NCBI GenBank assembly: GCA_032718475.1
Contig: JAUCBJ010000047.1
Coordinates: 1-43,412, forward strand
Direction of reading: 5' to 3'
DNA: 43,412 nucleotides
Source of the DNA: Nemertoderma westbladi
Lineage: Eukaryota > Animalia > Xenacoelomorpha
Shown here in pieces: positions 22,877-32,724 of the stretch (positions within the stretch are counted from its first letter, which is position 1; every line of letters begins with the position of its first letter). The position numbers were made by a program, and so were the translations under genes. The notes below the pieces were generated by a model. The model saw nothing but the letters and a program-made list of their open reading frames with translations. It searched no databases and had not been told where the DNA came from.

Positions 22877-23244
22877 CCCCTCCTAACGATAGGAACTAGT
22901 AGCTCCTACTACTAGTGCTGGTGGAAAGTTTGGTTAACTCTATATTTAATTTTAGTGTAATTTATTGAAATTTTTATTTTATGGTAATTAATGTGTTTGT
23001 TTTCTGTTTATTAAATCCTTATTTTGGTTATACAATGTTATCATATCATAAAGATACAATATCGTTCAATTAAAAAGGTATTATTCTCACTAATTAAGAT
23101 CTTATGCGACTTGCAATTGCAAATTGTAGACCAAGACCACAATACTTGGAATTTGTATTACACTCTATTATAATACTTTGAATTAAAAACAATTATAACT
23201 CATTAGCAATAATAAGTACGAGTAAGTATTAGCGTTTATCTTAC

Positions 23245-23380
23245 CTAATGGCGAGGTACAGTAGGCAACTTGTGGATGCGCAATTGGCGGACATTGGCAG
23301 GCGTAGCAGAGTCTGTTACTCAACCACAGCGCCATACAGAGCACACTAACTGCCTCCCTTCTGGTCCTCATGTACATCAT
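23245..23380 (-). CDS. TIMP: TIMP coding exon 1 (signal peptide and mature N-terminus); the five exons join to 732 nt / 243 aa
   Basis: Hydrophobic leader followed by CQCPPIAHPQVAYC (TIMP signature C-x-C...HPQ..[FY]C); donor G|gtaaga. The start Met is uncertain among three nearby ATGs. Confidence 0.94.
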
Positions 23381-26300
23381 CCTGGTAGATCCAAGGTTCT
23401 TGATTTAATCCAATTGGGCCGATGGAAAATATACACAATAGAGAACTTCATTAACTAATTGCTTATTAAATTAAGATTGAGTATTAATTATATGAGACAT
23501 TGTAAATGTTACAAGCAATAGCTTCGTCTTTTTATGGTATCCCTACCGTAAAATTTTGTTGGGAATACCGCTTAAACGGTTCTTTTAAGTTTAACTTCTT
23601 CCATGTTACATACCAATCTAGCTCATCAACAAAAGGATAGCAAATATAGCGCTAAACGCCCATTGGTTGACAGTGCGGAGATGGTAACTTGCTATTGGTC
23701 AGTTGAGGTGGGGTTATTTATAATAGTTTCTTACTTGGCTGGAAAAATATGGTGGGAATGTTAGTTACAATGGGGAACCCCACCATACCTATGTATGTAT
23801 TTATATTCCACAGTGGGAGGCCTTACTAACTTAATATTCATTCATATTAATTATTACGTATTTTGGTTTTATACTGAACAATAATATTGCTTTAATGTTG
23901 CCGCCACAGGTTGGTCTAAATGCTCAACACATTAGTCCCATATTTATTACCAAAGAGGGTGTCTATTGACAATGGGCGGCGTACTTTGATGTCCCATATG
24001 AAAGTTTAGCCGACATATAATAGGCCCGCCCCTATAATTATTCATACCATTGAAGTATGGGCCCGATTAACTGGTAATTAGCACACGTGGGGTTAATTAC
24101 CGCATTGTCTTCAATGAGGAATTATTTTTTACAAACTTGAGTTGGCTGCAACTGCACTGCAAACCAAAGGGTCTATTCAGGTTTAGTTGTATATAATGTT
24201 AATATAGTAAACACTCATTCACACGTTCACCAAAACGTACACCCTTTGACCTTTTTAATATCTATACGACCTCTTATTGTACTCATTTTTTTGCACACCC
24301 ATTATTCGGCCAACATCGCAAGGTCGCCTCGGCAACGCAACTCAGACACAGTTCGCTGTCAGCCATGGAATTCGCGATTTCTTCTGTAACCAGAAATTTT
24401 AGTGAAAAACCTGATAGGTATAACTGAACCAATTTAAAATTCGGGAATTTCTCGGATTGAATTGAAAATATTTCCGAGACTATATTTCACTTTATTGTTT
24501 GGTTTGATTTTGAGTGATCCACATATTTTTCATTTTTATGTATGTTTTTAAAGCATGGTATATTTGAAACTTCATCCCTTTGTTTATTTATTATGTTGTT
24601 TCTACTGCACCATATGTGTATGTAAGTATGTTGTTCTGACTCAGTATCCAAATGGATTGAGTGGTATGTGTCCTTCTGTTACAACACAAATTCCACCTGT
24701 GGCACATGTCGTTCTTGAAACAAAGCGACATGCTGCTGTCAGGGGGTCCATCATATATGTCGTTTTAACTTTTCATATCTCGTAACGAGAAATACTCTGT
24801 AAATGTCGTTTTTACACAATAAATTTGAACATTTTCTGATTCTATTCTTTCTGATTCGACTGCAGCAAACCTAATTTTCTAAATTTTATGGTATATGTAG
24901 TTCTAATTCTTTACCGACGTTATCCATACATTCTGTATTTAAACACATTCAAAATGTATCTCTAATTCATTTATATACACTATGCAACAATGTGTATCAA
25001 CAATGTCCTGACAACTCGTGTCAGCTGAAGAAAAACGTATGTATATACGGTACCATTCATATATCTGTCTTTTCATTACCAATTGCTGAAACAGGGGAAA
25101 GGTACAAGTTCCAGAAGCGGTAGTAAAACTGTAAAGCTGGTCACCGATTTACAGATCTGATTCCGGACACAAGTTGTCCGGACATTAATAATTATTCGGA
25201 AGCGAGTTGTTTGTATCAATAAATTCATGTGTTCCCATTTACTCGTGAAATATGTTTTTGTGCTCTTACGATATACCATTTCAAATGTAACGTTTGTTTT
25301 ATTAAATGCCAGCTTCACAAGCACTGCCTGGTTTTTTTGTTTAGCGCGATATACTAACTGAAAATGCACATAATGACATAGATTCGTACACACACAAATA
25401 CCATATACTTTTAATTAATATTAAAATCTCATGATCGAACTTGGGGAGGTTTTAAAATACTACCGTCAAGGACTAGGGCAACCCGTTGAAAGATATAACC
25501 AACGATTGGTTATTATGTTAGGAATGAGAAGGGAATGCCTTATTCATTAATTTCTTCCTTCCATCACATATTATGATTATGAATCACGACCATATGGCGG
25601 TTGACTGCTTCCCAGGAATGTTTGTTATTAATTGGTTGTGTTGTTACTATGTTACTCATGATGTAACAACATAATGCTGCAAAAGTACCAGATGTACTAT
25701 AATTATATACCATATTCTCCTTTTGCTAAATACCAAATGCAAAAATAGTCTGGCAGATATATTTTTCATTGAACCTTGCTTGGGATTATAATAGTAAATG
25801 TTGTTTAAGATTGCTGTTTATGCAATGTTATGCTTTTGAATCTAATTTTAAAATTAATTACACTGTATAAAACATCAATATCTTTAAGATATAGCACACT
25901 TTATAACTTGAAGCAGGGCTGTTCCCATTGGAATAATAGTGAGAGAAAACGTTCTGGAAATCACCCTTGAAAATCGTATTGCTTTTGTATATAAAGTCAT
26001 CCGGTGTATATATAATTTGGTTACTTTAAGGAAAACCATCAAAGATGCCAGTTGTGCATCACTCGGATTATTGATGACAACAATATTACCGGAATCAGTT
26101 AAAGACATCTACTATAACATAACATATTTCTATGCAAGGTAAACGTTATAATATCTGCCAAACTAAATGGATGGAGATTTAATGAATTTATCTTCCAAAC
26201 AATCAATTGTTCGTTTAGGCCCGGTTCATACTAGCTAAATCGTCTAGCAACTAATTCGTTTAGACCCTAATGCAAGCAATCCTTGCACGTGTGACCGGGC

Positions 26301-26385
26301 CATTCAAGTCAATACATACTATCTGTTTTACACAAATATTTTCTGTCTAATTAACTAAATGTTTCTATATTTTACTATTTTGCAG

Positions 26386-26591
26386 TTAATCACACCAAAG
26401 TTTCCGATTGTAGTAAAGATTGGACATGCTAACGGTGGGGTAGGTAAGGTGAAGGTGAACACGCATCATGAGTTCCAGGACATCGCCAGTGTAGTGGCAG
26501 TAGCCAATACCTACTGCACAACTGAACCATTTATCGAAAGCAAATACGATATTCGTATCTTTAAGATCGGGGGATCCTACAAGGCTTTTAT
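26386..26591 (+). CDS. SYN: Synapsin internal exon (domain C, ATP-grasp)
   Basis: tttgcag|TTA...AT|gtaagt; encodes [69 protein letters not shown]. Confidence 0.97.
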
Positions 26592-26922
26592 GTAAGTTGT
26601 TATTTTAGTTGGGGTAAATTGCTATTATATTAGTTAGTTATATTAATTATTGCTGGTCTAATATTTTCCGGTGGAGAAAAGGATGACCTCTCACACAATA
26701 TAATATTGAAAAGTTGCCGCTTTAATCTGTAATTCCGTAGATATGATATTGTCACTCTAAAATACATCCTCCGACCTCGAATTTACATTATTGCATAAGA
26801 AATTTATTTGAACAAATTTATTTCCGGTATACCAAATCATTTTGCACCTCTCAGCACAACACCTACATTTTCATATGATAGTTGCAAAAATTGATCGCAG
26901 GTAAAAAAAAACAGTGCTCTCC

Positions 26923-27079
26923 TGCGCAAACTGGCCGCAAGTGAAATATAGTTTCGATTATTGTTTTGGTTAAAAAAAACACTTCAACTGTAAATTTATC
27001 CTTTCCCTTAATGTTTAAAAATAGAGTGAATTACTTTTTGAGAACACATAGTTGGTGTTTGTGGTCATTTTGCGACATT
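26923..27079. mobile_element. Short MITE-like dispersed repeat (copy 2, related to 13486-13647)
   Basis: Shares ccgcaagtgaaat...tttcg.ttattgttttggtta...actgtaa...cctttcc...ggtcattttg with copy 1. Confidence 0.65.
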
Positions 27080-27154
27080 AACTCACAATTTTATGTAAAC
27101 CGCCATCACCATTATTTTTCACTTCGCTACCAATATTCACTACACATATTATAG

Positions 27155-27335
27155 GAGGACTAGCGTGTCACCAGGTAACTGGAAAGCCAACACGGGATCG
27201 GCTATGCTCGAACAAATACAAATGACGGACCAGTACTACTTCTGGGTCAACGAAGTTTCTAAACTTTTTGGCGGACTCGATATTTGCGGAGTTTCTGCGC
27301 TCAAAGGTCGCGATGGCCGCGACTATATTATTGAG
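27155..27335 (+). CDS. SYN: Synapsin internal exon (domain C)
   Basis: atag|G AGG ACT...GAG|gttagt; encodes [60 protein letters not shown]. Confidence 0.97.
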
Positions 27336-27782
27336 GTTAGTTGTATTTACATGTCTTTTAAAGACCATTTCTGATACTTGGCGTATTTTATATGAAGATT
27401 GGGGGATATGGAAGAGTGGGAAGATGGTATATACTCAACGGGAATAGCGGCTAGGTTGGTTCCTCTTTCAGTGCCATTAGTAGGCCTACTTTGTCGTAGG
27501 ATTAGTCGCTTGTTGATTTCTATACAAACGGTTAGCGATAATTCCCCGTCCCAAGTATTGCTGATTGTCCGACCAGGGAACGTAACACAAACCTCTTTCT
27601 GTAACAGAGTGGGTTTAGTGAAGGACCAGGTTATAGATTTCCTAGGTGGGAGAAACCTAAACAATAAACGATAGTTATGAATTTATGCCTTAATATTTTT
27701 AAGGTCAAAAAGATAAAAATCTAGTGACAGAAATTGTAAATTGATTTATTCTATCTAAGTACATTAATTAAATATAAATTGG

Positions 27783-30530
27783 TTATATCTTTTCGTTTGC
27801 CACTGTAATTTCCCCCTCCTGCTGGTACTTTGCTTTGTCGATGGCTTGAACACGCCGCACCTCCGCCGGTTGTGTCAGACTGTAACCGCCACCTACATAA
27901 CGCCGGGACCCGGTTCGCTGAATCAACAACTCTTTGTGAGGAATAGAGTTATAACTGATGGCATCCTTTTTCAATTTGATATCGTAAAACTTTTTTTTGA
28001 CAAGATTGAGTTTGTGAGACATTTCATTATTACGTGTATCACTTTTCTGTAAAGTCGTTTCGCACATCTGTAATTCTGCTGCCAAAGCCTTTATATGACC
28101 GTTCTTCTTTCTCATTTTCATCTGGTGTTCTCTTAATATGTTCTCTTTTTGTGGTATTTTTGCAAGAACCTGTTGCAAACCCGCTATCATTGTATCCTTT
28201 TCCTGTAAATATATTTCTAATCGGAGAACATCATCGGTTTTTTTGATCAATCTCTTTTGGAGTCTGCTAGTTTTTTTTATTTGCTCGTAAGTTGACGGAT
28301 CTGCTCCTTTTAGTTTCCTCCATCGGTGGAGGTTTAATGGATCCTTTAGAGCTTGCTCCATCGCTCCACATCTTCTGCGTTCATTCAATAATTCCACCTG
28401 CCCTTGCCTCACCTCCAATCTGAGGTTGTCAGCTTTAACCATGTCCTTTTCGGCGATGGATTTTTCTATTCGTAGTTTCTTGATCTCGACCTTCAACAAA
28501 CGAATATCTTCTAACCGCGTCTTGTAATCTATTTCCCCTGTATCCATAATTTTTTGTTGCAGTTTGACTTTCTCATGGAATAAAGCTATGGCCTCGTTTT
28601 GACGTATTAACTTTGTTCCCAATAAATCTCTTTCTGACATTAATTTGTCTAGTTCAGCCTTTCGACTTACTGAATCCCGCTTTAAAGATTCTATAATTGA
28701 CATAAGTTCATTTTTCTCGATATCTTTGTCCTGCAGGGCGAGTTTCCGTTCTTCAGATTGGTTTGTGATTCTCTGCAGTTCTCTACGTATCGCTTCTTTC
28801 TCATTTTCAATTCTGTGCAATTCTTTGCTCTCATTCTCCAATGCGTTCTCTTGTGCGATAACTTCTTCTTTCAACTGGTCGATTTGATGGTCCATGGAAT
28901 TTAACTTACGTTCGTGTTCCGTTATCACATCTTTCGCCGCTATTAGGTTTTTATTGTATAGGTTTCTATCCTGTCTGACGTCTTCATACAACTTTTCCTG
29001 AACCCTAAATTTCGCGTCTGCTTCTGCTAATTTCTTATTGTAATCGCTAATCTGATTTTCTTTAATTTTTATATTTTCCGTATACTTAAGTAACTTTTGA
29101 TTAATTTCGTTATAATCATTTCGACAATTGTTTCTTTCGTTCTCAAGTTTTAGCATTATTTTGGCCTCTTTTTGTGCTTGTGTAATGTGGTTTTTAATTT
29201 CTGTTTCCAAATTCTTTGTTGTTGATTCAATTAGCTTTCTAATTCCCGTTTGTTTTTCCACTTCATTCGTTAGATTTAGTATAGTTTTTGTTAGCGTGTC
29301 CCGCTCTTTAATAAGATCATGAGTTAATTTCTTTTCATCCTCAACTTCTTTTCTTATAAATTCTTCTGTCTTTTTATTACTTGTATTCAAAGCTTTGAGA
29401 CGTTCCGTTTCATTTTCAAGATTTTCCTTGTCCTCTTCTAAACAAGTCACTCTTCGCAATGCACTATCTCTCTCTTTTACCACTTTTTGGTTCTCTTGAT
29501 TTAGTCTATGTATGACATCGTCTTTAACTTTTAAACTGGCTGCTTTCACGTTATTTTCAGAGTTCAATGCGTCGTTTATGATCAACTGATTTTCATATTC
29601 AACGTTTTGTTTGGTGTATCTGTTACTCAAAACCTCTAATTCTCTGGTAACTTTCTCCAGGTTGAATTTCGTTTCCCTGTAAAGTTGCTCCATCTTGGAT
29701 AATTCAGATATATTCTTCTCGTTTTGAATTTTAGTTTCTTTCAAATCTCTCGAGGTTGTCTCAACCACTTGTTTCGACTGTTTTAAATCATTCTCACATT
29801 TTTCCCTCCGTCGTTTTTCCCTTAGAAATTCGTTAAACTTACCCTGCACTTCGTGTTTTAATTCACCGATGTCAAACTCATGCTCCTCATTTATCGCCTG
29901 CAGTGTTGTTTGCTCAGTCTTAGCTAATGCTAACAGATTCGTGTACTTCTCCACACTGTCGTTGAGGGAGGCATTCTCCAAAACTAATTCGTCAGTCTTT
30001 TGTTGAAATTTGTTAATATCTTCGGAGGCTGCTTCCGATAGTTTCCCCCCTTTATCAACAACAGTTCTGAGACGATGTATCTCGAGTTTCATGTTATTCA
30101 CAGATTCCTTGGCTTGCATCTCCTTTTCGTTTGCGGCGTCTACCATCTTCCACGCATTCTGGATTTCTTTCTTCAATATCAACACTGTATCTCGATCTTT
30201 ATCAGATAGCATCTGGATGGTTTTCATCTTAATAGTGTTCGCAATGATATCACCATTAAGCTCTTTACATTTCTCAAGAACTGTACGTTCTGATTTGTGA
30301 CTTTTCTTTAAAGCCTTTAAAAGTTTCTCATATTCAACTTTGTATTTTTCGACTCCCTTCTCACTCATCAAAGAATGAAGAACATCTTCAAATTCCCGTT
30401 CGAGATTTTGTGTAACTTCATCAGCGACTTCTACAGGCAGATTGTCTGTATCTTCCGCAATAACCTCTAATTTTTCTTTGCTAACCACTTTGGCGTCGTC
30501 GCTCAGACTATTCTTTATGTAGTTATTCAT
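27783..30530 (-). CDS. CFAP58: Cilia- and flagella-associated protein 58 (CCDC147) family coiled-coil protein, 915 aa, no coding introns
   Basis: Motifs YKVEYEKLLKALKKSH, IQNAWKMVDAA, YEDVRQDRNLYNKNL, SERDLLGTKLIRQNE, RLEDIRLLKVEIKKLR, PLNLHRWRKLKGADP and RYVGGGY. Minus-strand AATAAA at 27745-27750. Confidence 0.92.
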   Translation of the reverse strand: MNNYIKNSLSDDAKVVSKEKLEVIAEDTDNLPVEVADEVTQNLEREFEDVLHSLMSEKGVEKYKVEYEKLLKALKKSHKSERTVLEKCKELNGDIIANTIKMKTIQMLSDKDRDTVLILKKEIQNAWKMVDAANEKEMQAKESVNNMKLEIHRLRTVVDKGGKLSEAASEDINKFQQKTDELVLENASLNDSVEKYTNLLALAKTEQTTLQAINEEHEFDIGELKHEVQGKFNEFLREKRRREKCENDLKQSKQVVETTSRDLKETKIQNEKNISELSKMEQLYRETKFNLEKVTRELEVLSNRYTKQNVEYENQLIINDALNSENNVKAASLKVKDDVIHRLNQENQKVVKERDSALRRVTCLEEDKENLENETERLKALNTSNKKTEEFIRKEVEDEKKLTHDLIKERDTLTKTILNLTNEVEKQTGIRKLIESTTKNLETEIKNHITQAQKEAKIMLKLENERNNCRNDYNEINQKLLKYTENIKIKENQISDYNKKLAEADAKFRVQEKLYEDVRQDRNLYNKNLIAAKDVITEHERKLNSMDHQIDQLKEEVIAQENALENESKELHRIENEKEAIRRELQRITNQSEERKLALQDKDIEKNELMSIIESLKRDSVSRKAELDKLMSERDLLGTKLIRQNEAIALFHEKVKLQQKIMDTGEIDYKTRLEDIRLLKVEIKKLRIEKSIAEKDMVKADNLRLEVRQGQVELLNERRRCGAMEQALKDPLNLHRWRKLKGADPSTYEQIKKTSRLQKRLIKKTDDVLRLEIYLQEKDTMIAGLQQVLAKIPQKENILREHQMKMRKKNGHIKALAAELQMCETTLQKSDTRNNEMSHKLNLVKKKFYDIKLKKDAISYNSIPHKELLIQRTGSRRYVGGGYSLTQPAEVRRVQAIDKAKYQQEGEITVANEKI

Positions 30531-31619
30531 TGTGAACTACAATCTTTTTTATATCGGCAAAAACACTGAACTATTTTGTCTCTATATGATATCCAAATTA
30601 ATTAATTAAGAAAATTAATAATTTAACAATTAATATTTATGTTATATATTTCACGTTTACTTAGTCACATGCGCCTTGTGTATTTATCATTTAATAATGG
30701 TTTTCACTTCACTTACTCCACCTATTTACAGTTATCCCATTGCCCAATTAGAGGTGAACAAATTAGTCTATTGGAATAAATAATTCTATTTATATACTTG
30801 TGTAAAATAGCACTTTACAATGTGGTGATTCGAATGGTTTGATATGTCAGCGAATGTCGGTGAATTATACATATAGATACCCAAATAGGCCAAAACACTG
30901 TAAAGTACTTTGCATCAATTGTAGTAGATTTATTCCTGAATTGTAACATTATAAAACGTTCTGATTGCTGATAAAAAATGGCATATGAAACTTTTGTTGT
31001 GAAAAAATGGTGAAACATTTTTTTTGGTGGAGTTTGAAGGTACTAGTGTGTTATCTGTCTAGAACAATAATTAGTTGTCCAAGAACAATAATTAGTTGTC
31101 CAAGAACAAGAATTAGTTAGTTCAAATGCACAAAATGACTAGCTAGATTATGTAGTGCAAAATATTATTTTAATATTATTTACCGTACAGTTGTAAAGTA
31201 AATGTAATTAATTGAAAAAAGATGATATGAATTTCATTATATTTTCCCAAACAATATTTAAAAGTGCTTTTAATATTTAACAGATTTGTATTTCCCTTTC
31301 GTTATTTACCCACCAGTTAACCCGAAACTGTTTGGTTTACATTGAAAATTTTAGGCGGGTAAATTTCGGATTCATATTGATGTAGATAACGAAATAGTGT
31401 CTTTATTACTAAAAATGTATTAATTAATATTCTAGAAGTATAATTAATATTCATAAATAGTGGCCAAGGAGCCGCTATAAATAATACCCCCCCCCCCCCC
31501 CCCCCTTCTCATCCTGCGGCCACGAAGTCACTTGTGGCGTATGTCTTTATATATAGAGACAAAAATAACCAAATTAAAAATGAAATACAAATAAAAAATT
31601 GTATATTTTTGTGATTTAG

Positions 31620-31738
31620 GCGAGTGACTGTTCGTTGCCATTAATGGGAGATAAACAGGAGGAAGATAAACGACTGATTGCCGAGATGGTAATGATTCGA
31701 ATGCAACAGGAATGGAAACCTCCGGCTCAACCTCACCA
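31620..31738 (+). CDS. SYN: Synapsin internal exon (end of domain C); not in the ORF track
   Basis: gatttag|GCG...CA|gttagt; encodes ASDCSLPLMGDKQEEDKRLIAEMVMIRMQQEWKPPAQPH (compare MPLIGDHQDEDKQLIVELV). Confidence 0.95.
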
Positions 31739-32185
31739 GTTAGTCTAACTTTATATTTATTATACATAATTTTATGTCCTGGAATATAGGATGGAACATA
31801 TATACACCATGTCCCGTAATACATACGTAATGTATAGTGTCATTTTCTGATGACACGGACCCCCCCCCCCCAGATTTTTCTACAAATATATATTGCTTGA
31901 AATTTGAAACTCAACTAGTTCACCTCACCGTGGTTGTTACCATGAAGCCGGAATTTTCGATTTCGCTTTTAAATTTTATTTATAAGCGTTTTAAAAAAGT
32001 GTCTTTTGCGAAATCGCACCATCCGTATCGTGGCCATTCTTCGCAAAGCTTGCGTTGCAAGGATTCCAAATATGTAGCAATATCTGAATTTCGTTGAGAA
32101 ACAGCTGAGATATAGGAGTTCCTAATCACACTATTACGTAACTATTCATACATAAACAAATTATTGCAATTAATTTATATTTTAG

Positions 32186-32724
32186 GTCAGTTCCCCAGTC
32201 TCCTCCGCTTCCGTCTAATCAACCCGGTAACCCACAGACGGGCGGCCAATCGCTGGGCGCCTCTCCAATGCGCGGCCCAGTTCCTACCAGTCAACCAGGT
32301 GGCGCTACTACTGGTGTCGGTCTGCGAGGCCCTCCTCCACCGCAAGGCATACGTCAACCAGTACCGCAGGGGCCACTGCAAGGACAACCAAGTCATCCCC
32401 CGGGGCAACAGCAGGGACCTCCACCCGGACAACATGGACATCCCCAAGTGCAACATGGACCGCCACAGGGGCAACATGGACCTCCACAAGGGCAACATGG
32501 ACCACCACAGGGGCAACATGGACCGCCACAGGGGCAACATGGACCTCCAATAGGGCAACATGGACCTCCCCAGGGGCAACAAGGACCTCCCCAGGGGCAA
32601 CATGGACAACCACAAGGGCAACACGGACCTCCCCAGGGGCAACACGGACCTCCACCACCTGGTCATCAACCAAATCGACAACCTGGAGCCCCTGCTCCGT
32701 CACAGCCACCACCCAGACAACCCG
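32186..32724 (+). CDS. SYN: Synapsin exon encoding the Pro/Gln/Gly/His-rich disordered domain D
   Basis: ttttag|G TCA GTT...CCC G|gtaggt; phases match both flanking exons; contains 11 x 21-bp GPPQGQH repeats. Confidence 0.9.

Noticed and set aside
24323-24336. RFX X-box match GTCGCCTCGGCAAC
   Set aside because: A single degenerate motif that is not near the 5' end of CFAP58 or the C2CD6-like gene.
26218-26301. Harbinger-like mini inverted repeat ggcccggttcata / tgtgaccgggcc
   Set aside because: Short imperfect TIRs with non-matching flanks; too weak to call.
1-26385. Search for upstream synapsin exons (domains A/B and the FPLI...NHKEM-type exon)
   Set aside because: None recognised by eye. 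The candidate ATG|gtatgt near 8842 has no synapsin-like coding sequence upstream.
16791-26591. Syn-Timp nesting as a novelty in itself
   Set aside because: This is a well-known conserved bilaterian arrangement; only the additional nested genes are unusual.
27846-30300. Short plus-strand ORFs overlapping CFAP58 (similar ones overlap DMC1 and the domain D exon)
   Set aside because: Antisense or alternative-frame shadows of real coding sequence.
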